Source of the DNA: an uncultured archaeon
GTDB lineage: Archaea > Asgardarchaeota > Thorarchaeia > Thorarchaeales > Thorarchaeaceae
Direction: 5' to 3'
NCBI GenBank assembly: GCA_964354495.1
Contig: CAYHAA010000018.1
Span: 1 to 19,184 of the forward strand
Length of the DNA: 19,184 bases
Shown here: one piece after another, positions 1 through 9,453 of the stretch
Layout: every line of letters begins with the position of its first letter
Position numbering within the stretch: the stretch's first letter is position 1
Notes under the pieces: generated by a model
What the model saw: only the letters and a program-made list of their open reading frames with translations
What the model was told of the DNA's origin: nothing
Database searches by the model: none
Position numbers and translations under genes: made by a program

Positions 1-144
1 ACTCATTCGACATGACCCTATCTCCCTCGGAATTTGGATACATAGCTTCACTATTGCAGCAGTCTGTGAAACAACAAGCATCGCTAAGAAGACGGTCACG
101 AAAGTAGCACTAAACCGAGTCAATCGACGTACATATATTGACAT
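1..144 (-). CDS. N-terminus of a probable secreted/membrane protein (runs off the window edge)
   Basis: Open frame from ATG at 144 to the edge: MSIYVRRLTRFSATFVTVFLAMLVVSQTAA..., with a basic N-terminus and hydrophobic core. GAGGGGT SD-like motif upstream. Confidence 0.5.
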   Translation of the reverse strand, partial: MSIYVRRLTRFSATFVTVFLAMLVVSQTAAIVKLCIQIPREIGSCRMS

Positions 145-273
145 GTGGCTTACCCCTCTCTTTTGCGACGATATCAAATACCATCAGTATCGATGCTTGT
201 TAATAAATTCTTTCCTAAAATCTTGGTTTCTGAAAAATGAGAAGTAACTTTGCTCCTCTCATAAGCAATTGGC

Positions 274-1638
274 TTGATTGCACATCAACATTATATGCAG
301 ATGGGAACAATATGCAGTCAGATGATGACGCCGCATGAAACGAATGATCGGTTACCTCTGAGTCTGTTTTACGGGAGATTGAGGATCAACACTGCAGCTG
401 AGGCAGAGCATCTTCCGCGCTTTCCCTCCGTCGTGACGATTGAGATACTGCCCTCTGCACTGAACAACATGGACACCGCACTCTTTTCAAGGTGCCAGCA
501 GCTGGCAGAGATTGTCGTCAAGGACTATACCGGAGGAGTTCTCGACCTGCGCTTTCTTGATAATCTGTCTACCTTAGAACAGCTCAAGGTGTATAGTCCC
601 TCGAAAAGTGATGATACACCAACGCGAATCACTTCGAGTGCTTGGAGGCTTCCTGCTCATCCTAGCATTACTTTCATGACCCTGAATGGAGTCCAGCCCG
701 AGGCGGACTTCATCAGACAGGTTTCGACATGGAACTTGGACCACCTGAGGTTTCATCGCGTCAATTTTGATAGCAGCAGTTGTCAGCTCCTCGGTCGCGT
801 CGCGGTGAGGCTGCTCGCATTTGATGGCTGCCGACTCCCGTTTCTCCCTGAGATCGGCGATGTTGAGGGCCTCCAGTTTTGGGATGGTTGCGTGGTGGAC
901 ACCCTTGACCTCAACAATCTGGGATTATCCGGGACAAGTCAGCTTCTCATCGACCTCAGCAAGCTCGTCCACATTGTCTGCCCATCACGACCACAGTCCC
1001 AGCTAAAGGGGCTTGTACTGCAGAATCTCTCTCCTGACCATGTACCTCTGCTGGACAGCTTCCCCAAGACGCTCAAGAAGCTTGAACTATGGCTTGGCTC
1101 CATTGGCAACGAGTATCTCACAATAATCAGGCAGATGCACTCTCTTGAGGAGTTGTTCATTACCTCTGCTGTAGCACAGCTCGACCTCTCTCTCCTCGAC
1201 GGGCATCCGAGTCTTCGAAAGCTGTTCGTAAAGATACCCAACGTCAATGCGGACCCTCATATTCCCAGACTGCCGAACATTGAGGACCTATCACTTCAGA
1301 GGGACACGAGGTCGTCGAAACTAGACCATCTTGACCTGTCCCCATTGACCAACGCTACACAGCTCACTGAACTCAAGATAAACGATTGCCCATTATCTAA
1401 GATTGACCTGGGTCCGTTGTCCTCCTGTGCTGGTCTTCAAAGGCTCGAACTCTACGGTAACCAAACTGAAGAATACGACCTCACGCCTCTTCTTCATCTC
1501 AAGTCGCTGGACTTTCTCCTTGTTGGGAATCTACTAATGCAAAATCCAGTCCTCTTTGCTGACAGCAGACAAAAAAACACGATTGTGAGCCCAGAAATGC
1601 TGCGTCTCGATATAGATGACGAGATAGAGTGGAGATAA
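274..1638 (+). CDS. Leucine-rich repeat protein
   Basis: Repeated LxxLxL and LDLSPL/IDLGPL/YDLTPL units in the C-terminal half (e.g. LDLSPLTNATQLTELKINDCPLSKIDLGPLSSCAGLQRLELYGN). True start uncertain, probably one of the ATGs at about 295-325. Confidence 0.85.
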   Translation: MIAHQHYMQMGTICSQMMTPHETNDRLPLSLFYGRLRINTAAEAEHLPRFPSVVTIEILPSALNNMDTALFSRCQQLAEIVVKDYTGGVLDLRFLDNLSTLEQLKVYSPSKSDDTPTRITSSAWRLPAHPSITFMTLNGVQPEADFIRQVSTWNLDHLRFHRVNFDSSSCQLLGRVAVRLLAFDGCRLPFLPEIGDVEGLQFWDGCVVDTLDLNNLGLSGTSQLLIDLSKLVHIVCPSRPQSQLKGLVLQNLSPDHVPLLDSFPKTLKKLELWLGSIGNEYLTIIRQMHSLEELFITSAVAQLDLSLLDGHPSLRKLFVKIPNVNADPHIPRLPNIEDLSLQRDTRSSKLDHLDLSPLTNATQLTELKINDCPLSKIDLGPLSSCAGLQRLELYGNQTEEYDLTPLLHLKSLDFLLVGNLLMQNPVLFADSRQKNTIVSPEMLRLDIDDEIEWR

Positions 1639-1813
1639 GTAGATCATTGGCAGTCAGTCTTGATGATGGAGATTAATGCCACATGAGCCTATCACAGTAT
1701 CTGTCAAAGAAGTCCCCTCAGACACATCAATACCTCATACAATCTCCATTTTAGCCGGATGTTTCATTGCGGAATAATTGCTCACTGGGATATGTTTATA
1801 TACTGTGCATCAT

Positions 1814-1866
1814 ATAGTATATGGTGAATAGTATATGACATATACTAAATGACGAATAGTATATGA
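1814..1866. promoter_or_regulatory. Probable PadR operator: repeated ATAGTATATG boxes and a perfect 9-1-9 palindrome
   Basis: ATAGTATATG at 1814, 1828 and 1856. TAGTATATG-A-CATATACTA palindrome at 1829-1847, just after a TTTATA box (~1796) and upstream of the PadR gene. Confidence 0.6.
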
Positions 1867-1940
1867 GATACAATATGCCTTGGTGACTATGGTTACCCTT
1901 GACAAGGCTCGAATACTATTCTGAGGTAAACACAGTGTCA

Positions 1941-2300
1941 ATGTCAAAAAAAACGCAGGAGGAATTGGACCGCTGGTCCAAGGAAGTCAAACGGGGTGCA
2001 GTGACTCTTGCAATCTTGGCTCTTCTGAGCAAGAGGAGAGCATACGGATACGAGGCGGTCAAAATCCTCGATGAAAAGATGTCTTTCTTAGCTCTCGAGC
2101 AAGGCACAGTCTACCCTCTGCTGAGACGACTAGAGCAGCGTGAGCTCCTCACGTCCGAGTGGGACTATGAGGACCAGGCTAAGCCCAAGAAGTACTATGC
2201 TGTTACTGACGAGGGTTCGATGGCTCTGGGAGCAATGACGCAGTCCTGGTCTGATCTCTCTAGCGAGATGCGCGACATCCTATCGGAGGTTGAAAAATAA
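1941..2300 (+). CDS. PadR-family transcriptional regulator
   Basis: ILALLSKRRAYGYE...GTVYPLLRRLE...L...KKYYAVTDEG winged-helix signature. ATG at 1941 preferred over TTG at 1899. Confidence 0.92.
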   Translation: MSKKTQEELDRWSKEVKRGAVTLAILALLSKRRAYGYEAVKILDEKMSFLALEQGTVYPLLRRLEQRELLTSEWDYEDQAKPKKYYAVTDEGSMALGAMTQSWSDLSSEMRDILSEVEK

Positions 2301-3421
2301 TGAGTAGCAATAATCCATTGGAATTAATAGAACAATATCTAGAACGAGTTAGAGTGTATCTCCCTCTAGACAGTGAAGACGCCATCGTCGAGCTTCAGAC
2401 TCATCTGATTGAAGAGGCTCAGAGAATCGGCGGAGGTACAATGACTGCTGGCTCTGCAATGATGGCCATTGAAAGAATGGGTGATCCAAAGAGCGTTGCA
2501 AATGAATATGCTGGGTCTGGGAAGAGAGTTGGTCCTGTTCCGGCTGAATATGTCAATCCTGTGACCCGAATCATTGTGGTGCTTCTTGGGGTCGGAATTG
2601 CACTCACAGTAGGTTTCTACATGCTGGGAGTGACCTTGTCTCAAGTGATTGGGACAGATATCCAGAACTGGCCACTGAGCATTCCTCTGATGATAGGCCT
2701 GAATGCAGTCATTATCATCGTCATCATCGGTGGCTTGTCCCTACTTGATCGTGACAAGCCTCTGACAGAGAAGACCACCCTTGAATCAGTATTCGGAATT
2801 GGAGTAGATGGTTTCAAGCCCAAGGGCAGATGGGATGCCGCCTGGGACCTGGTCATGGGGATATTCTGGGGAATAGTCATCATGCTTCCCGGCGTTGTCA
2901 TTCTCTACACCGACGCATTCGCCGCTGTCTATATGACTGTAGTCCTCTTTCTCTTCCTAGGTGCAATCAAAGGAGCGCTCTTCTTCCTTGGCGGTGAGAA
3001 CAACTTCAACCTGGCTGTGGAGGCATTCCTCAGTGTGGTCTGGATTGCTCTTGCAGTCGTACTGATTAACGTGGGCTGGCCTGTCAGGTATGTCTATGCC
3101 AACGGCGGTGCCGGATGGACCCTATTTGACCTCGAGGCCTTCTTCATCAGCAACGACATTCCATTTGTGCCATTCGACTGGATATGGGCGGTCATCATGT
3201 TCGTCACAGTCGTGGTTGCCATCTGGAGAGTCATTGTTTCAAGCATGAAGATCACTATGTATCTTCGTGCAGGGAAGAGGCTCTGGTGGCAAGGTAACTG
3301 GGGTGAACGCCGCAGCCTGAGAACTCCCCTATGGAAGAGGATTCTCGGAGAGCATGACCAATTCCAGAAAGAAACTTCTGTGCGTCATGATGAGCACAGA
3401 GAACCTGACGAGAATCAATAG
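2300..3421 (+). CDS. HAAS-domain (DUF1700-like) multi-pass membrane protein, partner of PadR
   Basis: N-terminal IEQYLERVRVYLP...ELQTHLIE...AIERMGDPKSVANEY motif, then about 7 hydrophobic segments. TAATG stop/start overlap with PadR. Confidence 0.85.
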   Translation: MSSNNPLELIEQYLERVRVYLPLDSEDAIVELQTHLIEEAQRIGGGTMTAGSAMMAIERMGDPKSVANEYAGSGKRVGPVPAEYVNPVTRIIVVLLGVGIALTVGFYMLGVTLSQVIGTDIQNWPLSIPLMIGLNAVIIIVIIGGLSLLDRDKPLTEKTTLESVFGIGVDGFKPKGRWDAAWDLVMGIFWGIVIMLPGVVILYTDAFAAVYMTVVLFLFLGAIKGALFFLGGENNFNLAVEAFLSVVWIALAVVLINVGWPVRYVYANGGAGWTLFDLEAFFISNDIPFVPFDWIWAVIMFVTVVVAIWRVIVSSMKITMYLRAGKRLWWQGNWGERRSLRTPLWKRILGEHDQFQKETSVRHDEHREPDENQ

Positions 3422-3432
3422 AAAGCACACTT

Positions 3433-3461
3433 GCGGGGAGATACTCCCCGCCTCTCTTTTT
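3433..3461 (+). terminator. Hairpin plus pyrimidine tract after the PadR/HAAS operon
   Basis: GCGGGGAG-ATA-CTCCCCGC (8-bp stem) followed by CTCTCTTTTT. Confidence 0.55.
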
Positions 3462-3559
3462 CTTACCTGAGCTATTCGATGATTCCAGTAGTCTGCTCAG
3501 ACACACTTACCGCACTACCTACATGTATGCAGTGACAGTGAGGTTCGGAGAAGAAGGAG

Positions 3560-3587
3560 TGGTGCTGAGGGAGTGATTTGGTCTTCA
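3560..3587 (-). repeat. 3' fragment of host tRNA-Phe (att-like left boundary of the island)
   Basis: Minus strand reads TGAAGAC-CAAAT-CACTC-CCTCAGC-ACCA. The last 21 nt match the 3' end of the tRNA at 5176-5196 at 19/21. Followed by a C/T tract; composition shifts to AT-rich right of it. Confidence 0.88.
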
Positions 3588-4027
3588 TGTTAAGAAATTT
3601 GTAAGGCTGATTTTACAGTCCCTTCATAAACCGTGTTTTCGTTTTATATCATCAGAACAGTTTCTTGGTTCGTTATTGATACTCTCAGAGACTTTCCGGA
3701 TTGAGTGGAATTAGGGGAAGTAACAGAAATTGTTTCACCTTCAATAGTTGCTGTTTGTTTAATCCATGAGTTGCAAACAACGAATTGCAGCTCAAACATT
3801 GTACCACTTTCTAAAAGTCGAACGTAAATCTCAGAGAGTATTTTCTAGAAGTTCCACTACCAATACCTCAAGCATCTCCAAGTATGAGATTCCACTGACG
3901 GGGAGCCTTTCAATGGCAAGATTGACACTTCAACAACTAGAATGTCACTTGGTTGCAGTTGCAGATATCCTTGGTATATCCTTCTCAGACCAGAGCATGT
4001 TGAGAAGATTGTTGATATAGCGCTAGA

Positions 4028-4634
4028 CTAAAGCTTGCTGGGAGTCTGATTCTCTTTTTGGAGTTGGTTAATCCTATCTTGATTTATGAGTGATGCAATT
4101 CGAAAGAGAAGATAGATGCAAGTTACAAGAAGTAGCATGCCATCGATGAAAAGCCACACAATAATAGTAGTAAAATAGAATGGCAAACATACCAATACGA
4201 GAGCATTACACTTGTTAAGAATCTTAAACATTATTGGAAGATACTAACAAGAAAAACAATGCGATATCCATTCTTTTTGAGCACAAGCTTGTGAAAAAAG
4301 ATGAAGCTTCTACTAGAACAGCTGGGTTCGTTTCAATATTTGCCAACTCAAACTTCAGGTTTTCAAGTTCTCCTTTCTCCCTTACATCTTCCTGAAGCGT
4401 CTTGCCAGATATAGGAGCATGGCAATTCACACATCTATTTTCAGTAGCTGGGATGTCCATACCACATCTCCAACACTTGTCAGGCTCAATCCTTACGGAA
4501 ACTTCAATGTATTTCCCAAGAGCTGCAAGCTCAGCAACCTTTTGCGAGTCATCACCATATTGAAGATACCACTGTTCGAAGGTTCGACTATGTCTACTAT
4601 GACCTGGCCTCTGTCTGATTGCAGGATCTGGCAA
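4028..4634 (-). pseudogene. Decayed zinc-ribbon/membrane protein gene(s)
   Basis: ORF 4224-4634 has CWRC-x10-CVNC. The overlapping 4028-4231 ORF is two hydrophobic helices. No good start codon, and stops lie just upstream in all frames checked. Confidence 0.4.
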
Positions 4635-5014
4635 CTTACCAATTTTCTTCTAGTAGGTCGATGCTGATTTTCTGAAGAGTGTTGATCATACTCTCTTGCC
4701 TAGGTGTTTACCTATCTTTGACTGTGAGAGTATCTTCTCAAGACATCTGAGGTTATTCGAGTTTCTGAAGCGGTCTGAAACAACGGTCCTCTCCCTTGAT
4801 GTTGTACGTAATAAGGTGTGAAATACTTCAACCCGATCTCAGAGATTAAAACATAGGCATAAGAAACTCTACTCTTAAGAAACCTAACACTTCCTGTTTG
4901 AAAATCGATATAATTCAACAAAACTCCCTCACTTTTAGAGATGAGTTATCTCAACAAAGAGTGGCTTTTTCCCAAAGGGATATGCCCAAATATAGGAACA
5001 GGTTCCCGTATTGT

Positions 5015-5030
5015 CCACTATATTTAAAAA
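5015..5030 (+). promoter_or_regulatory. Promoter (TATA box) of the island tRNA-Phe
   Basis: CCACTATATTTAAAAA about 30-40 nt upstream of the tRNA; a similar motif precedes the host 5' half. Confidence 0.6.
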
Positions 5031-5057
5031 TGGAATATAAGTAACGGTGAAAACATC

Positions 5058-5196
5058 GCCGAGGTAGATTAGCCCGGGAGCGATTTTCTCTTTTCGAGAA
5101 GCTCCCCGTCATCGCGCGGCTGAAGACCGCGTTGTCGTCGGGCTCATCCTGTCGACACGGGATTCGTCGAGTGTTCGAATCACTCCCTCGGCACCA
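5058..5196 (+). tRNA. trnF-GAA: tRNA-Phe(GAA) with two non-canonical introns (22/23: 5081-5110; 43/44: 5132-5163)
   Basis: Acceptor GCCGAGG/CCTCGGC plus ACCA; D-stem GATT/GATC; anticodon arm CGCGG-CTGAAGA-CCGCG; T-arm GAGTG-TTCGAAT-CACTC. Removing the 30- and 32-nt BHB-bounded hairpins gives a 77-nt cloverleaf. Confidence 0.93.
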
Positions 5197-5202
5197 CTTT
5201 CC

Positions 5203-7155
5203 TTAATCTTGAACATGAAATCCCTCTGATGCTAATTGTATCTTCGATTGTTGAACGTCATTTTCATTCTGCTTTGATAACCAATCCAGGAGTACTTTTT
5301 CTTTAGTATCGAAGTTGGGTTTAATAATTAGTGCACTTCTAATCTTAGATTCATAACCACTAACTCTTGCCTCCCATCTAATACTTATCCTGTTAGATTT
5401 TTCGAAATATGATATACGCACAGGATTTAGGTTAATGTGGATTCCTAGACTTGTAGCTATTGCTTTTTCATCATCGATTAGTCTATTCCGATAATTAGAA
5501 ACCACGATGGATAACTCGTCAGCAATATTGGATATATGATTATCACTGTGATTCTTCAAAGAATTTAAACGACCGATTGGGATGTACTGCTCAGTAACGA
5601 TGCCTTGATATTTATGCATATGATTTGAATGCATTAGAAACTCAATTGCTTCTTGAGAAATCTTTGGTTTGAATCTAAGCAGAGGTCCTTTCTTGCTGTC
5701 AAATAGTGCATGAGATCTGGACCAATTAATTACGCCATTTTTATCAACACTGCCTTCTTGTGCAAGCATTTCTTGCATGTAGCCACACCTTGCTATTGAT
5801 GACCATAATCGAAATTCGTCAGGAAGACCATAATTGATGATAGTTCGATCACCCGATGGTATCCCCCAATAGTTCAATGCATGAGTAAGAGGGCTTGCAA
5901 TATAGAATTCATAGTTTCCAATCCTTTTACGCATAGATTCATTGCTGTAGGCAACACCAAAATTATCGATTATTTTCTTGATGCGATTAATGCGGTCAAA
6001 GCTCCCCTCTGTCAATTTCAAGCTTCCAGTTATAGGAATATGGCAATCACTTACAGCTATTCCGATAATGCGGGCTTTTAATACCTCTAGACTATCACTG
6101 GATGGGAATTTTGGATTGCGAATACCGCCCTGTCCATTAGCTCCCGATATTTTAGCGAATTTCCCTTCTAATTGGTTTATGGATAGTCCTACAATATCAC
6201 ATAACAAGTGTAGTGAAACTCCAAGGACTCGATGAGTGTCTTCAGAAATATATCTTGTATCCAATCCAGTTAGTTGCTTAGATAATTTACTGAGATGGGG
6301 AATTCCTGAAATCATTGGACCTACTTCTAATTGTGATGTTGCATCCTCAACTAGCCTAGTCAAATCGTTTTCATTATTGAAGTAGAAGTATAAATCTGCA
6401 TATGCTCTAAGCAGATTATTAGACTGCGTACTAGGAGTCCAAGTATAATGTCTTCCTTCTACATTACACATTCGAATATTTTTTGATGAATCGTCTGCTC
6501 TCTCATTATCTGCTTTTTCTAAAGTCTCATTGTTGATTGAAAAAACAAGATGAGGTCTTCCTCTATCACCTAATCCAAATCTGCTAATGGACTCACTGAT
6601 GTTTGTTTCATACAAGTCTGTTTTCTCAAGGGATTCCAACTGGCTAATCAAACTATCTTTCTTCTTTCCTTTAGCCCATCTGGACACAGTAGTTCGATGG
6701 ACGCCATGAGCTTTAGCAAATTCCCTATATCCTTCTGGCGTAGGTGGCATTTTTCGATTATCTAGAGCTTCAAACAAAGAACAATAGGTTACTGCATAGG
6801 TATATCGTTTATTGAAATTGGATGTCATTATTATTTTCCAATGTTTGTTTAGAGCAGCTATTAGCTTTTCATTAGAACGGATAATCCATCCTGGATACTT
6901 CTCCAGTGTGAAGTTGTGTTTTTTTGAAATCGGATCCGAAAACTCATGTTTTAAACAAGAATTTTCTGAGTCAACAAAATTACTTTCCGATTGTCTTGTT
7001 CTATCTTTATCTTCAGGAGCAATTCGATGTATGGAATATTCACTATTGTAATCACGAAAAGCCTTGTTTCGTTCTTCAATAGTCAGATACTGTTCCTCAT
7101 TGTCTTTCTTCTCAAGGTGAGGACTCTCATCCGAGAAATCATCAATCTCTCTCAT
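5203..7155 (-). CDS. Free-standing HTH plus double-motif LAGLIDADG (DOD/intein-type) endonuclease-like protein, ~650 aa
   Basis: HTH YREFAKAHGVHRTTVSRWAKG (~6669-6729). LAGLIDADG-like helices IIGIAVSDCHI (~6040-6069) and YMQEMLAQEGSV (~5747-5785). SD AGGAGGTG 9 nt before ATG 7155. Confidence 0.68.
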   Translation of the reverse strand: MREIDDFSDESPHLEKKDNEEQYLTIEERNKAFRDYNSEYSIHRIAPEDKDRTRQSESNFVDSENSCLKHEFSDPISKKHNFTLEKYPGWIIRSNEKLIAALNKHWKIIMTSNFNKRYTYAVTYCSLFEALDNRKMPPTPEGYREFAKAHGVHRTTVSRWAKGKKKDSLISQLESLEKTDLYETNISESISRFGLGDRGRPHLVFSINNETLEKADNERADDSSKNIRMCNVEGRHYTWTPSTQSNNLLRAYADLYFYFNNENDLTRLVEDATSQLEVGPMISGIPHLSKLSKQLTGLDTRYISEDTHRVLGVSLHLLCDIVGLSINQLEGKFAKISGANGQGGIRNPKFPSSDSLEVLKARIIGIAVSDCHIPITGSLKLTEGSFDRINRIKKIIDNFGVAYSNESMRKRIGNYEFYIASPLTHALNYWGIPSGDRTIINYGLPDEFRLWSSIARCGYMQEMLAQEGSVDKNGVINWSRSHALFDSKKGPLLRFKPKISQEAIEFLMHSNHMHKYQGIVTEQYIPIGRLNSLKNHSDNHISNIADELSIVVSNYRNRLIDDEKAIATSLGIHINLNPVRISYFEKSNRISIRWEARVSGYESKIRSALIIKPNFDTKEKVLLDWLSKQNENDVQQSKIQLASEGFHVQD

Positions 7156-7367
7156 GTTATGCAGCACCTCCTTTTCATGTCTTCAATAGCATTTGCGAAC
7201 TCAACGCTTAAGACCTCAACAGAATCTCCAAGATTGCCTGTTAGATCTGGAAACTCGGAAAAGAACATCGTATTATCCTTGACAATAGTCTGAGAATCAT
7301 TGTCGAGGGGATTACAAAACGTGCTATTGTATTGGCGATCATTAGTTCTGTTATGTGAATTTTGCAT
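7152..7367 (-). CDS. Small hypothetical ORF overlapping the start of the nuclease-like gene
   Basis: Short open frame whose 3' end contains the SD of the next gene; no recognisable motif. Confidence 0.25.
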   Translation of the reverse strand: MQNSHNRTNDRQYNSTFCNPLDNDSQTIVKDNTMFFSEFPDLTGNLGDSVEVLSVEFANAIEDMKRRCCIT

Positions 7368-7711
7368 AATGAATACCTCATTTCTATTCTATTTGGAAAA
7401 TACAGTGTTTAAGTGAAAAGTAGTAAGTTGTATGAGATACTCTTCTATGGGCTCAGGAGGCTATATCTCCCTCAAGTCGTTCCAGACTGTGTGGAAAAGT
7501 GACCATATGTTTCGCGCGGATTGCCAGAAAATGACCGATTGGATGATTAACAGTCGTTGAAATAGCCGTTCTTTTCCATGAATTTCGATGCTTTAGCCAA
7601 TTGGAGCACTCATTATTCTATTTACTAGCCAGAGATTCCCATGAGATAGTTAGAAAATTACCATTAATGACGAGTATAATAACCGACCTACAGACATAGT
7701 AATGAAATAGG

Positions 7712-9448
7712 ATGACATCTGACCTGCTAGATAGTGAGGCCCAAAAGGAGTATGTTCAAAATATCATTCTCAACAGAGGGCGCAAAGTTGACCTGTACCA
7801 ATATCTCAGAAAACATCCCGAAGAACTACTCAAGGGGGTTCTTGTTGCAGGATCAATAGGGTCTGGGAAGACACACCGTTCAATCAGTGTCATCCGTTCA
7901 GCTCTCGATTCGGGATATGGAGTATTGGTGTTCGACCCTTCCAATGATTATCAGAGATTATTGCACAGTTATGAGGCAGGTGTTGTCATTGATTTTAGTG
8001 AGTATTATCTGAACCCACTGGAGCCGTCACCAGGATTATCGCTCAAAGATTGGTCTTCAATCTTCATTCAGGTCTTTGCTCAAAACTTTGGACTGAAGGA
8101 TCCTTGAATAGCAATCCTTCAGGCATCGTTAAACAACCTAATAGTTAAGTCATATGACAACTATCCTACTCTTAGAGAGCTTCTTGAGGAGGTAATGCAA
8201 TACCTACCAATGTCACACTCATCAGAAACAAGTAGTCATGCTAGCGTACAGAACCGCTTAAAGAGTGTACTAGAATCTGAATGGGGGAGATGCCTTGATG
8301 TTCATCAGGGATATTCCCCTGTCGACTTTGAAGAAGGTCTCCTTGTAATCAAAATAAGGCCTGTAGGTATCGAACGGATACATGAGCTTGTTGTAGGTCT
8401 TACCGTTGCTGGAATATTCGCTTATAGGTCATGGAAACAGAATCGTGGCGAAGCACTGAGTAAGGATATCCTTATCGTCATTGAAGAAGCTCATAGATTT
8501 CTAAGCGAAGGACGGCAAGGTGACAGATATGGACAGATACTCTATCTTGAACGAGCACTTGTCGAATCTAGAAAGATCGGTGTAGGTTTTGTGATAATAG
8601 ACCAGATGCCAAACAGAATCAGCGACTATGTTCTTGGTAGCTGCAGTATGTGGATAGTATGCAAGCTTATAGTTCCAAATGCACGAAGATTGGCCGGTGA
8701 GGCGCTTAGGACGGATGTTGTCTAGAGTCATATTGGTCTTATGGAATTGCCAATTGGTGCAGCAATAATCAAAGTAGATAATCAACGCGAATTGGAAGAA
8801 ACAAGTCCAATGGTTCATGGAAACGAAAAACACCTCTACGATGTCAGAGGGTTGCCAGCCACTGTTGCCTTACCATCAAGCCCAGAAGAGTTACTTCCTT
8901 CAATGGAAAGCAGAGAAGTATGGGAGAAGATGGTACAGAATGAACGATACATGAGATATTTTGAACGTGTCATTATGCAAGACTATGAGCGAGTTGAGAA
9001 ATCACTTCGAGAAGATGAGAAAACAATGATTCGAAGATTCATATCTTGTACTCTGAAGAAAAATCACAGAGATGCAATTCTGGACACTGAAATGCAATCT
9101 GAGATTTCAAGGCTCATGGACAGATATCAAGGTGATGAGTTAAAGCAGCTTATTGGAATTCTGTCATCAAGTCTCAATATTGCAATACTAAATGAGGTAT
9201 TCACTTCTGATAAGGCAGACAGAGCTTCTCTTTCTAAATCTGCTTCCCGTTCATTAAGTTGGATTAGTCGAACACTAAAAATTATGCTTGAAGCAAAAAT
9301 CATCCAAGAGCAATCAGACCTATTTTTCATCACTGATAAGGGTAGAAGATTACTCCATTGGGGTGAGTTGGTAAGTAAAGAAAGTAGAAGCTTAGACATT
9401 TCCTCACTAGTGATTGAAACCGATACTAAGCAACTGACTGTATCCTGA
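7712..9448 (+). pseudogene. HerA/FtsK/VirB4-like (DUF87) ATPase with C-terminal winged helix, interrupted by two in-frame stops
   Basis: Walker A VAGSIGSGKT, VLVFDPSNDY, Walker B IVIEEAHRFL and ESRKIGVGFVIIDQMP motif. The three track ORFs share one frame, joined across TGA 8105-8107 and TAG 8723-8725. C-terminal wHTH SLSWISRTLKIMLEAKII...FFITDKG. Confidence 0.85.
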
Positions 9449-9453
9449 AGACG

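Noticed and set aside
3766-4020. 84-aa plus-strand ORF at the island's left end (also 4712-4921 minus)
   Set aside because: No motif or clear RBS, and it lies in a decayed AT-rich stretch; cannot be supported as a gene.
5132-5168. Type II (long variable arm) tRNA with a GAA anticodon, i.e. a mistranslating allo-tRNA
   Set aside because: It needs a 4-nt bulge and two G-U pairs. The 43/44 intron model gives a better hairpin, a standard 77-nt tRNA, and A73 as expected for Phe.
8105-8107. Selenocysteine recoding of the in-frame TGA
   Set aside because: The position is not a redox or Cys-type site, I found no SECIS, and the same operon also has two in-frame TAGs.
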